From assembly GCA_965222225.1 (NCBI GenBank), contig CBDCTK010000002.1:2912001-2976000 (forward strand): 64,000 nucleotides of DNA, read 5' to 3'. The translations under genes and the position numbers were made by a program. This document shows, piece by piece, positions 20,587-29,720 of the stretch (positions are counted from its first letter, which is position 1; every line of letters begins with the position of its first letter). Source of the DNA: Candidatus Poribacteria bacterium (GTDB taxonomy: Bacteria; Poribacteria; WGA-4E; JAJDTR01). Below the pieces are notes generated by a model. It saw only the letters and a list, made by a program, of their open reading frames with translations. It had not been told where the DNA came from and searched no databases.

Positions 20587-21099
20587 TCAAAGTTGATTCA
20601 AGGTAAAGACGGAGTTGAGCGAGCAGCCCAGCGCTTCAATCTTTTCACGCCCGCCCTGCTGCCGATCAATGGCGCACACGACATGCTCGACGACCAATTC
20701 CCGTTCCCGTATTTCGCCTACGGACTCGCACACCTGCCCCGCTGTCGTGATAACGTCCTCAATGACGACAACTCGGTCGCCCGGCTGAAATCCCCCCTCG
20801 ACGAGATTGCATGTCCCGTAGGTCTTCGCCTCTTTGCGCACGTATAGGCACGGCTTTCCAGTGCGCAGAGACAGCCCGGTCGCCAAGGGGACCCCGCCCA
20901 ACTCCAACCCCGCGAGCCTATCGAAAGCGTCGGGCAAAAGCGACTCCATTTCAGCCGCAAGAGCCGCCAATAAAGCGGGGTCGCTTTCAAATCGGTATTT
21001 GTCCCAGTAAAATGAACTAATCTTCCCCGATCTCAGCTTGAACTCCCCGGTCAAGTAGGAGACCTCTCTGATTTTGCTTGCAAGTTCCTGTTTGGTCAT
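20587..21099 (-). CDS. pyrE: Orotate phosphoribosyltransferase
   Basis: GEFKLRSGKIS.FY.DK, YVRKEAKTYGT, PRPP motif VVIEDVITTAG; likely start MTKQEL at 21099. Confidence 0.92.
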   Translation of the reverse strand: MTKQELASKIREVSYLTGEFKLRSGKISSFYWDKYRFESDPALLAALAAEMESLLPDAFDRLAGLELGGVPLATGLSLRTGKPCLYVRKEAKTYGTCNLVEGGFQPGDRVVVIEDVITTAGQVCESVGEIRERELVVEHVVCAIDRQQGGREKIEALGCSLNSVFTLNQL

Positions 21100-21242
21100 G
21101 TTCGAGTCTTGGTATTGAGACCTTGTTTGAATCATCTTCGATTTGACGATTGAAAAACCTACAAGAAATGGTGGGCAATGCCCACCCTACAGAAATACTG
21201 TTTGGTCATGGTCGAATCCGGTATTAAAGACAAGTGCAGACT

Positions 21243-22292
21243 CTAGGCAAAAACGTGTATCTCGGCTTTCGCCGACTCAGCGACCCGTCCCACCACGGCG
21301 GCTTCCGGGCAATCTCGCCCATGCAATTCCGCCACCGCCTCGGACGCCTCGGATTCCGGCACCGCAAATAGCAATCCGCCCGAGGTCTCGGCTTCCAGCA
21401 ACACATGGCGCATCTCCTCGGAAACCTCCGGATCGAACGTCACAACCCCATCCAAGAACTTGGTGTTGGCGGCGTAGGCGCGGGTATAGGTCTTCTTCTT
21501 GACCAACTGTGACGCGCCGTCAAAAACGGGAATCTTGTCGGCAAACAAATCCAGCCGAACGCCATTCCCTTGCGCCATTTCAAAACCGTGCCCGAGCAAT
21601 CCGAACCCCGTAATGTCGGTGCAGGCATGGGCGTTGTGCTGCTGCATCACCTCCGATGCCGAGGCGTTGAGCCGCGCCATCGACTCGACAATCTCCGGAA
21701 GAACAGTTTCACTGATTTTGTTGAACTTCAATCCTGTTGTAAGAATTCCGACACCGAGCCGTTTCGTGAGAATCAGGGCATCGCCCGGCTTCGCGCCGAA
21801 ATTCCTGACAATCCGATCCGGATGAATGACACCCGTCACGGCAAGCCCGTACATCAGTTCTTGGGAGGTCACGGTATGTCCGCCGAGACTCACCGCTTTC
21901 GCCTGCTTGACCTTATCGGCTCCGCCGCGCAACACATCGTGGAGGATGCCGAGATCGAGTTGATCCTTGGGCCAACAGGTGATGTTCAACGCGGTTTTGG
22001 GGATGCCCCCCATGCTATAGACATCGCTCAGCGAGTTGGTCGCGGCGATGGCGCCGTAGTCATACGGATCGTCGACGATCGGCGTAAAATAATCGGTGGT
22101 GTTGATGATGGCGAGCTCCTCGCTAAGCTGGTAGACGCCGGCGTCATCGGATGTCTCCGTGCCCACGAGCAGGTTCGGATCATCCATTGCGGGCAAACCG
22201 TCCAAAACCTGTGCCAGATCCCCCGGATCCAGTTTGGACGCTCAGCCGGCGCACTCAACCGTCTTCGTTAAGCGAATTTTCTTCTTCGTCAT
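21243..22292 (-). CDS. selD: Selenide, water dikinase (selenoprotein, Sec17)
   Basis: ATG at 22292 gives MTKKKIRLTKTVECAG-[TGA 22244-22242]-ASKLDPGDLAQVL, in frame with the 320-aa ORF (SDDAGVY, TTDYFTPIVDDP, NSLSDVYSMGG, GGHT, TDITGFGLLGH, ETSGGLL). Confidence 0.95.
22199..22240 (-). promoter_or_regulatory. Bacterial SECIS hairpin immediately 3' of the selD UGA
   Basis: mRNA UGA-G-CGUCCAAACUG-GAUCC-GGG-GGAUC-UGGCA-CAGGUUUUGGACG: lower stem CGUCCAAA/UUUGGACG, upper stem GAUCC/GGAUC, G-rich apical loop. Confidence 0.8.
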
Positions 22293-22310
22293 TAGCCTAA
22301 AAGCCCTTTC

Positions 22311-22871
22311 CTAATCCTGATGTTTCGGGGTACCAAAGAGAGTCTCCACGCTGTCCCTAAACTGTTGAAAAATCGTTCCCTCCCGTTGACAATCCGGTTG
22401 GTTGCACAAACTTGCCGCCAGTTCGCGGTAGTACCATTCCTGCGCGCCCTTCCCCCTGCTAAAACGATCCCAAACATCGTCCCCGACAACCTCGTAATCT
22501 GCAATGATTGTCAGAAGATTATGAAGTTTATCGGCGCAAGTAACCGTACGCACCTCCAAGGGAGCGGTTTTCAAGAATTTCACCGTATGCTGCTTCCGCT
22601 GCTCCCAAGGCAACGACTTTTCCGGTTCCGAACACCCTTGCACAATCTGCGCGACGTTCCCGCCGAACTTCTCGCGGATATAGTCGACCGTAAGAGAGGT
22701 GTCTTCAACGGTATCGTGAAGAATTCCCGCGACAACAAGCTCCTCGGAACAACCCGCGTCCGAGAGGATACGCGCCACGGCGCGCGGATGGGAAATATAT
22801 GGGATGTCACTGCCCTTGCGGAACTGACCGCGATGCGCCTCCTCGGCGACTTCAATGGCAACATCAATCAT
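22311..22871 (-). CDS. HD-domain protein, (p)ppGpp hydrolase-like (SAH/Mesh1 type)
   Basis: AHRGQFRKGSDIPYISHP, AGILHDTVEDT, ADKLHNL; no synthetase domain. Confidence 0.85.
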   Translation of the reverse strand: MIDVAIEVAEEAHRGQFRKGSDIPYISHPRAVARILSDAGCSEELVVAGILHDTVEDTSLTVDYIREKFGGNVAQIVQGCSEPEKSLPWEQRKQHTVKFLKTAPLEVRTVTCADKLHNLLTIIADYEVVGDDVWDRFSRGKGAQEWYYRELAASLCNQPDCQREGTIFQQFRDSVETLFGTPKHQD

Positions 22872-23252
22872 CTTTTGTCCACCGCGCATAGGGGCAGATA
22901 TCCTTTCCACAACTCCGGTCGGGGCGACACCCATTTACAAACAGGTTGGAATCAATAACAACCGAAAATTCGTCTATTTAAGAATAATAACATATTGGCA
23001 GGGGAGCGTCAAGCGATTGCCGTCAGCGCCTAGGGCAATCGCATTTGATATTTAGGATGGGAGGACGGAAGACGGGAAAACAGGAACTTGAGCCACGGAT
23101 TAGTGGATAGTACGTACGGACGACAGAGGAATTGAAATGAAGAAATTCAAGAAGAGAGAACGAGGAAAATTGGGGATTTGATGATTGGAACTCGCACCTT
23201 TCGTTGTACCAGCCGCTTGATCGCTATTCCCTACAGTCCCCATCAAAATACA

Positions 23253-23339
23253 TTAGCTGCAAACACCAAATCAAACACATTGACAACCCCATCCCCGTTC
23301 ACGTCGATGCCCGCTTCATCCTCCCGAACCCCTGGGCCA
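23253..23339 (-). pseudogene. Orphan 3' end of a dockerin-terminated gene
   Basis: Reverse translation ...EDEAGIDVNGDGVVNVFDLVFAANVF*, matching the C-termini of the 29716 and 32141 paralogs; cut by the repeat at 23340. Confidence 0.7.
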
Positions 23340-23533
23340 TTGTCTGAATCGCAGGATTTGCTATCGCGCTCATTATTCATTCGCTTGATCGTCTTTGATT
23401 CAACCGGCGTCAGTTGCCTAATTATGTGTATGCGTTGGCTTCTGGATTCCCAAACTGTCGTGGATTAAAGATCACCCGCTTTTAATCTGCGCAATCTGTG
23501 TAATCCGAACATCTTGGCGCGCTAGCGATTCAA
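23340..23533. mobile_element. MITE-like element (TCTGAATCGC...GCGATTCA ends) carrying a 35-bp element
   Basis: Homologous along its length to 29517-29720; contains 9-mer AATCTGCGC/AATCTGTGT repeats. Confidence 0.7.
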
Positions 23534-23563
23534 TTTGCTTTCAAAACGATGAAACTAAATCCT

Positions 23564-24550
23564 CTATTTCGGAACATACTCTACTAATCCGGCGTTTTGC
23601 AGGGCTTCGCGGATTCGGGTGCGGTCTTTTGGTGTAAATTGCCTGTTTTTCACAGGGGTCATCGGCGATCCCTTTGCAAGCCAATCGTTCCGACGTTGAA
23701 TAGCGAGGTTGTAACTCATCTCGTCTGGAAAACGAGTTAATATCATAGCGGAACGCCTACGTGCACGATCCAAGTTTGGGTCGGATGGCGGGGCGGGATG
23801 TGATATGATATCGATTAGGGGGCGAATCACGCGTCTATCAAGCGTAAAATCCAAGCACTCAAGAAAAAACATAGCTTCGCCCTTTCCTCCGTTCTTTTCT
23901 ATCTCATCTTCTAGCATCTGGATGAGGATGGCGATTCCCTCACCACCGGCATACCCCAGTCCAAAAAGCGCCCCGTTCGTAACATGATACCCATAGTTTC
24001 CATAATAGTTGATGCGCGCGCGCGAGCTGTGTTCAGTCGGACGCTCAGCCAACACGGCCTTCAGGGCGGGAACCGCCGCTTCGCCTGCCAATATTGCTAG
24101 ATCAATGGCTGCTGTCTTCCTCACTCGCCAAGACGTATCATTTTGCAACGAATCGGTGATAACATCTATCGCCTCGCGATTGCGTGAATAGCCCAAGAGT
24201 GTAATGGCGCGTTGTCTAACTTCATGAGAGTCATCATTCAGGGCAGCGGCTAACAGCTTGACTGTTCCCGATGAGAGAAATACGTTGCCCGTCATCGCCA
24301 AAGCGTCAAAGGCTCTGTCATACAGCGTTTCCTCATGAAGATTGCGAGCAACGATCCTCAGGTCAACTGTTTGAAGGGACCGCCCGGGCCACTGGTAACT
24401 AATAACATCGACCTGCACGGGATGTTCTCGATCCGATGTCTCCGTTTCTTGAGAATGCAGATTAAAAACACCTATTACGGTCAACATACAGCAGGTTGAA
24501 AAGAAACTAAGAACGCAGTGGCGGAATGCAGAGAATTTGACGCTCATCAT
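23564..24550 (-). CDS. Secreted HEAT-repeat protein
   Basis: Signal-like N-terminus; HEAT/PBS repeats (LNDDSHEVRQRAITLLG, LQNDTSWRVRKTAAIDLA). Confidence 0.75.
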   Translation of the reverse strand: MMSVKFSAFRHCVLSFFSTCCMLTVIGVFNLHSQETETSDREHPVQVDVISYQWPGRSLQTVDLRIVARNLHEETLYDRAFDALAMTGNVFLSSGTVKLLAAALNDDSHEVRQRAITLLGYSRNREAIDVITDSLQNDTSWRVRKTAAIDLAILAGEAAVPALKAVLAERPTEHSSRARINYYGNYGYHVTNGALFGLGYAGGEGIAILIQMLEDEIEKNGGKGEAMFFLECLDFTLDRRVIRPLIDIISHPAPPSDPNLDRARRRSAMILTRFPDEMSYNLAIQRRNDWLAKGSPMTPVKNRQFTPKDRTRIREALQNAGLVEYVPK

Positions 24551-24598
24551 GACAAGGCTCCTTATTTGGCGTACGTGATTGGCAACCTAATTTTATCC

Positions 24599-25897
24599 TT
24601 ATGGCTTGGGATATTTCCAATTAATTACTTTCCCTTGGAGATAATTGTCAGGTTCGTATTTCATCACTGTTGCCGCTATGAACCAGTAAGTATCGGTAAG
24701 CCAAATCTCAACAAAACGTCGAAATGCATCTTCGCCGACAGAAGGGGCGCCGATGAGTCGTGCGGCTTGTGCTTCAGGATCATCGGGCGTCCCCTTTTGG
24801 ACGACGTGATGATAGAAGTAGGAGTAGTGGCTGTCGATGTGTAAATCTTTTGGCCCCGTAAAACCTTCATGCTTCTTGACAGCCGGTTCTATGTCGCTAT
24901 AGTTCACTTCGTCGGGCTTTCCGGGCACTGTAGCTAGGTCGCCTTGAGCATTCTTGAAATTAATCCAACTCTGAGGCCAATTTGCTTGTGCCATGCCGAA
25001 ATGTCTGTTGATTCTAATATGTATCGGCATCTCTACGCTGAGACCGGTTACATACCTTAAACCTTGATTGGGGCCAGAGTCTACACGGGCTGATTCAACA
25101 TTATACGCGCGATTGCTTATTGTGGTGTCCGCATTTCCCAAATCATTCTCCTCCCTTGGTTCTGCCTTGCCCCAAGTGGTTGTATCCGTAGAAAAGGGAA
25201 TGTCTGTCTCCCATCCGCTTCTGTCGTCAACATCAACAGATTTGGACGCAGAAACTTTCGTGTTGTTAACGGTTGCAGTAACCTCTATCGTACTACTGCT
25301 AACCATTATTCCACGCCACGTTGGGATTGGTCCTGTATTTTCCGTGATAGTTGTTTCCTCATGGGTAATGCTTGGATGTACACTCTTGGTGAATTTGGTT
25401 ACACTTTTCCAGTTAAACTTGGGATTAAGGTTTGACGGACTTGCGGTTGCAGTGAAAGTCGCGGTTCCGCCTCTTGTGACCGAGTCGGGGCCGACCAGAG
25501 AAAGTTTTAAAACCGTGACTTCCATCGTATCTATACTTATCAACCCATCATTATCCGTCACGGTCAGAGTGACGTTGTATATGCCCGGCGAAGTGTAGGG
25601 GTGCGATGGCGTTTCGCCAGTGCCTGTCGAACCGTCGCCGAAATTCCATGTGTAGGTTAACGTCCCGCCATCGGGGTCATGCGAATTTGAGCCGTTGAAC
25701 TGGACCTTTGCCTCGCCAGTATTCGGGTCAATAGGGACAACCTGATCCGGGGCCGCATCTGCTACCGGCGGCATTCCACTCGGGGAGGGGGTGTATCCGT
25801 TGTAGGGAGTACCACTTCCTCCACTGGATCGGGTGTTATAACGGCGTCTAGTCGCCGCCATTGTTTGACTGAGCGAGGTGTGTCGAGATCTATTCAT
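24599..25897 (-). CDS. PKD-domain protein with an unknown C-terminal domain
   Basis: PPVADA...[23 protein letters not shown]...[20 protein letters not shown]. Confidence 0.8.
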   Translation of the reverse strand: MNRSRHTSLSQTMAATRRRYNTRSSGGSGTPYNGYTPSPSGMPPVADAAPDQVVPIDPNTGEAKVQFNGSNSHDPDGGTLTYTWNFGDGSTGTGETPSHPYTSPGIYNVTLTVTDNDGLISIDTMEVTVLKLSLVGPDSVTRGGTATFTATASPSNLNPKFNWKSVTKFTKSVHPSITHEETTITENTGPIPTWRGIMVSSSTIEVTATVNNTKVSASKSVDVDDRSGWETDIPFSTDTTTWGKAEPREENDLGNADTTISNRAYNVESARVDSGPNQGLRYVTGLSVEMPIHIRINRHFGMAQANWPQSWINFKNAQGDLATVPGKPDEVNYSDIEPAVKKHEGFTGPKDLHIDSHYSYFYHHVVQKGTPDDPEAQAARLIGAPSVGEDAFRRFVEIWLTDTYWFIAATVMKYEPDNYLQGKVINWKYPKP

Positions 25898-26280
25898 CGT
25901 AGTCTGAAATCCTTTCGTTCCGTTTTAGAGTCCGTTTGTAGATTTATTTCGAAGAAAAATATATCTTTAGATAGTCCTAATTTTCTTACGTATTAGACCT
26001 GATGCCGTACAGCTCAATATAGCGTAATAAGATCTCGGTTGATTGTTGGCTTGATTCTCCAATCTTCACAGCATAATCATACCTTGTAAAAAGTCATTTT
26101 TCAATCAGAAATAGTTAATATATGTTAAGTATTATATAATTAAGCCTGCTTCATAGGACATAGACAATTCCTCGCTTGGGTTTCCGGTGGTCCCTGCCCA
26201 CTGTCTTTCTCGCCCTTCCATCCTTCCACCAGCCAGCTAACCCTATACAAAAAAAGCCCGCCAGCGGCGTCATGAGAAAC

Positions 26281-26369
26281 AGTGATGAGTGACCAGTTGC
26301 CAGTGTCCAGTAAAAGCCAAACATTTTCTTGCCGTTACTGACCACCAACCACTGACCACAAGCCACTGG
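26281..26369. repeat. Inverted heptamer-repeat cassette (AGTGNNN)n...(ACTNNCC)n with a short empty core
   Basis: AGTGATG AGTGACC AGTTGCC AGTGTCC AGT ... ACTGACC ACCAACC ACTGACC ACAAGCC ACT. Confidence 0.65.
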
Positions 26370-26438
26370 GTTTCTAAGACTTCCACTAACGGGCTTGTCT
26401 TTCTTCCACACCCTATGGTTATTACCGTGAACTGAAGA

Positions 26439-26581
26439 GAAACTCTATCGATCAACTGAGTGAATAACGAAGGATTAAGCGAATGAATAATGAGCGCGAT
26501 AGTGAATCCTGATAGAAAGTCCTACTCCCTATTCAGTCGCTTGAGGGATTTACTATCGCCTTCGCTATCCGCTCAGTTGAT
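26439..26581. repeat. Four nested 35-bp micro-elements in both orientations
   Basis: The outer forward copy is split by a reverse copy, which is itself split by another reverse copy. A fourth copy is inserted at the outer TGA|T and ends 1 bp from the stop codon at 26583. Confidence 0.85.
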
Positions 26582-26582
26582 C

Positions 26583-29024
26583 CTATTTCACAATCACCAT
26601 CCGCCGCGCCGCCGCATAATCCCCCGCCCGGAATTGATAAATATAAATCCCGCTCGCAACCGATTCCCCGTCTTCGTTCCGCCCGTCCCAATACGCCGCC
26701 TTTCCACGCTCCGCGTAATACCCCGTCGCCTGATTCCCGAGCGCCAACCGCCGTACCAGCGTCCCCTTCGTGTCATAAATTGTAATCACCACTTCCGCCT
26801 CTTGAGCGAGACGATACGGGATCCACGTCTCCGGATTGAAGGGGTTAGGGTAATTCGGCAACAGCGCCGTCTCTTTAGGCGTCAACGCCGCAAGCAACTG
26901 CTCAAGGAAGCGGATTCCCCGTTGAAAATTCGGGTCAACGACACCTAAACCCTGTGCGCCTGCAAGCCATCTCTCGACATCCGCAGCGCTAATAATCGAC
27001 GGGTCCAGGGAATCTGCCGAAGGCGCAGCTCTGCCATCCCCGATTGCCCCGGCAACCTGAACAAGATCAAACACATTCACAACCCCGTCCCCGTTTACAT
27101 CCCCCCGCAAGCCATCTCTTCCGAACGCCTGCGCGACCACCACCAAATCCAAAATATTCACCACCCCATCGCCGTTGACATCCGCTGTATTCTTCGGCTT
27201 CACACGCAAGTACATCTCCCCGTCAAGGTTAGCTAGCGCGTGCTCCGTGTTCACCAACCCGCTGGCGACGCCCTGCACCTCCTCTGGCAGCGTGATGACC
27301 TGTGCTTCGCCGCTGTGGTTGTACACCGCCCATCCGTTCGTGAACTCGCGGATATAAAGCCCTGGGATGTCTTCGTTGAATAGTTGGGTCTTCTCGCCGA
27401 CCGGTCTGCCCAAGTCCGCATCCCAAAAGTCGTACCAAGTGTTTGGCGCTGCTTGGTAAAGAGTGTATCCCTCACTAAGCGTAAGGCTCAGTGTCGTAAG
27501 GAAGCGCATCCAGCGCCGGTTTTCTGGACTGTCGGATGGTTCGTGGTGAATCGCTTCGCCTACAACGCCGTTAATTCGAGGTGTTCGGAGATTATGTTCG
27601 GCCCACTGAAGTGTGGTTTCTGTTTCATGTAGCGTGCGATCGCGCTCAGTGTATCCGCTGATAAACCAGTTTGGGATTCCCGTTTCCATGGAAAGACCGT
27701 TGATGTAGGGTGCAGTGTCGGGGATGCGATTTCGATTCGAATTCACTTGTATTAAGAAATTGGGGCGTGTTACGGCCCTAATTTCTTGTACCAGAGCGAT
27801 GCGCGCGGCTTTCTGTGATTCAGAACTGTAGAGATCGATCGGCAACAAATCGTAGCCCCACGCGTCGAGTACAATGCCGTCGTATAGCCCGCATTTATCG
27901 ACATCGGAAACCATTTTTACGACGTGAGCGCGAGCGTGCGGGTTTGTATAGTCTAGATCTGCGCCGGTTTCAAAATCTTGCAAAAACAATTCGCCGGCGG
28001 TGTTCCGAGCCCAGAGGGACGATTCACGCGGTAGCTGGGTAAAAAAAGCCTTGTGCCAAGGTATATACGCGATAAAAATGGTATTGGGATTCGTGGCGAT
28101 TATTGTGTCGCGGAGTGATATGGAGTGCTCAAGGTCCGTAGAAATTAACCGGCTGTCAGCGTTACGATATATCATGTCAAAGAATTGGTCGGCAGGACCA
28201 AAAGGCATTTGGCTGCCGGAATCATACGACATGAGCCAAGTGGGCATGAATACAGCGGGGAAGGTCATATCGTTTAAGCGAGGTAGTAACGGTAAGGGGG
28301 GCATCTCGCAAAACTGGTCGTATGCAAACTCACTTAAACTTAACCCGTCAAGCGGGCTATGATCATTTATAACATTGTGTTCGATATATAGTGTTTCTAA
28401 ACTCGTCAAATTGGCGAGCGGGCGAACGTCGGTGATATGGTTGCGTGCGATATAGAGTCTTTCCAAATTGACTAAATTGGCGAGCGGGCGAATGTCCATG
28501 ATACGGTTGTCTGCGAGATAGAGTCTTTCCAAATTCACCAAATTCATGAGTGGGCGAACGTCGGTGATACGATTCGCCGTTAAGTTTAAGCCAAGGAGAT
28601 GTGTTAGATTTGATAGTGGCGAAACATCGACAATATTACAAAAACTCAAATCAAGATCTGCAAGTTGCACGAGCTGCCTCAATGGTCGCAAATCTGACAC
28701 AAGTCCAAATTGCAAATACAGACGTTCTAACTGCGTTAACGATGCAAGCGGAGTTAAATCCGACATTTTATTCCGGCCAAGCCGGAGGTCTCGGAGCGAT
28801 ACGGCGAACTCCATTCCCGTGAGCTCTACTATCCCTGCGTTTGGTGCATTCAGCGCGTGTAGTTCTGCCATGCGCTGCTTTGTAATGTCGTCCCCCGGCT
28901 GAAGCTCCATTGCTTCTCGAAGTACCTGCTCCAAATTGGGATCGGGAATATGGATAACCTCTGCGCACACGGGCACAGTTGCCAGCATGCAAAACATCAA
29001 TACATAAAACATTTTCATAATCAT
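26583..29024 (-). CDS. Secreted LRR + putative glycoside-hydrolase-like (GHL15-type) domain + dockerin + FlgD-like tail
   Basis: IPDPNLEQ cap, internalin-like LRRs, KCGLYDGIVLDAW, IREFTNGWAVYN, DVNGDG x2, PNYPNPFNPETWIPY. Confidence 0.8.
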   Translation of the reverse strand: MIMKMFYVLMFCMLATVPVCAEVIHIPDPNLEQVLREAMELQPGDDITKQRMAELHALNAPNAGIVELTGMEFAVSLRDLRLGRNKMSDLTPLASLTQLERLYLQFGLVSDLRPLRQLVQLADLDLSFCNIVDVSPLSNLTHLLGLNLTANRITDVRPLMNLVNLERLYLADNRIMDIRPLANLVNLERLYIARNHITDVRPLANLTSLETLYIEHNVINDHSPLDGLSLSEFAYDQFCEMPPLPLLPRLNDMTFPAVFMPTWLMSYDSGSQMPFGPADQFFDMIYRNADSRLISTDLEHSISLRDTIIATNPNTIFIAYIPWHKAFFTQLPRESSLWARNTAGELFLQDFETGADLDYTNPHARAHVVKMVSDVDKCGLYDGIVLDAWGYDLLPIDLYSSESQKAARIALVQEIRAVTRPNFLIQVNSNRNRIPDTAPYINGLSMETGIPNWFISGYTERDRTLHETETTLQWAEHNLRTPRINGVVGEAIHHEPSDSPENRRWMRFLTTLSLTLSEGYTLYQAAPNTWYDFWDADLGRPVGEKTQLFNEDIPGLYIREFTNGWAVYNHSGEAQVITLPEEVQGVASGLVNTEHALANLDGEMYLRVKPKNTADVNGDGVVNILDLVVVAQAFGRDGLRGDVNGDGVVNVFDLVQVAGAIGDGRAAPSADSLDPSIISAADVERWLAGAQGLGVVDPNFQRGIRFLEQLLAALTPKETALLPNYPNPFNPETWIPYRLAQEAEVVITIYDTKGTLVRRLALGNQATGYYAERGKAAYWDGRNEDGESVASGIYIYQFRAGDYAAARRMVIVK

Positions 29025-29516
29025 TTATCTGGCACCCACCGCGGTTTCGCCTCGACGGGCGTTTCCTCCTTTTTCTCAAGCGGCGTTGCGCGCAGGATAG
29101 CCAACCCATCCTGTCGATACGCCGTATATCGGCCTTGAGCCTCGCCGTGCACCAGCTCGTTCAATGCCTGAGCCACGCCCGGCGTGTCCTCGTTGAAATA
29201 ATCGTGCAGCGCCAACCACCCCCCATCCACCAGATGTGACAAAATGCAACTTAGCTCCTTACGTGTCGGTTCATAATGGTGGCTGGAATCAATAAACGCC
29301 AAGCGTATGGGGGACCTCCAAAAATGCTGGAGGTATAAAACCGTATCCGATAATACGGGCGTAATGTGCTCGTGCAACCGAAACTCCCACAGGTTCTCGC
29401 GCATCTCGAAGTAAGCATCATCGAATAGCTGACGCAGCGGACGGTAGTCTTTTGTGTACGAATCGATCGCTACGAGCGGGTACTCGTGTAAATCGTCATC
29501 CCGTAGCGCGTGCCCG
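29021..29516 (-). pseudogene. 5'-truncated class I SAM methyltransferase (Methyltransf_24-like)
   Basis: The frame is open from about 29516: GHALRDD...LVAIDSY...LAFIDSSHHYE...GGWLALHDY. The N-terminal motif I is missing, cut by the MITE. Its stop overlaps the ATG of the next gene. Confidence 0.7.
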
Positions 29517-29720
29517 TTGTCTGAATCGCGGATTTGCTATCGCACTCACTATCCGTTCGCTTGATTTGATTAAATTCGACCAATCATCTTCGATGCAACC
29601 GGCGCCATTTGCCTAATTATGCGTATGCGTTGACTTCAGGATTCCCAAACTGTTGTGGATTAACGGATTGCCCGCTTTTATCTGCGCAATCTGTGTAATC
29701 CGTTTAATCAGCGATTCAGA
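29517..29720. mobile_element. MITE-like element with TCTGAATCGC/GCGATTCAGA TIRs
   Basis: 10-bp inverted ends; second copy at 23340; a third left end at 41702; contains a 35-bp element at 29529-29565. Confidence 0.75.
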
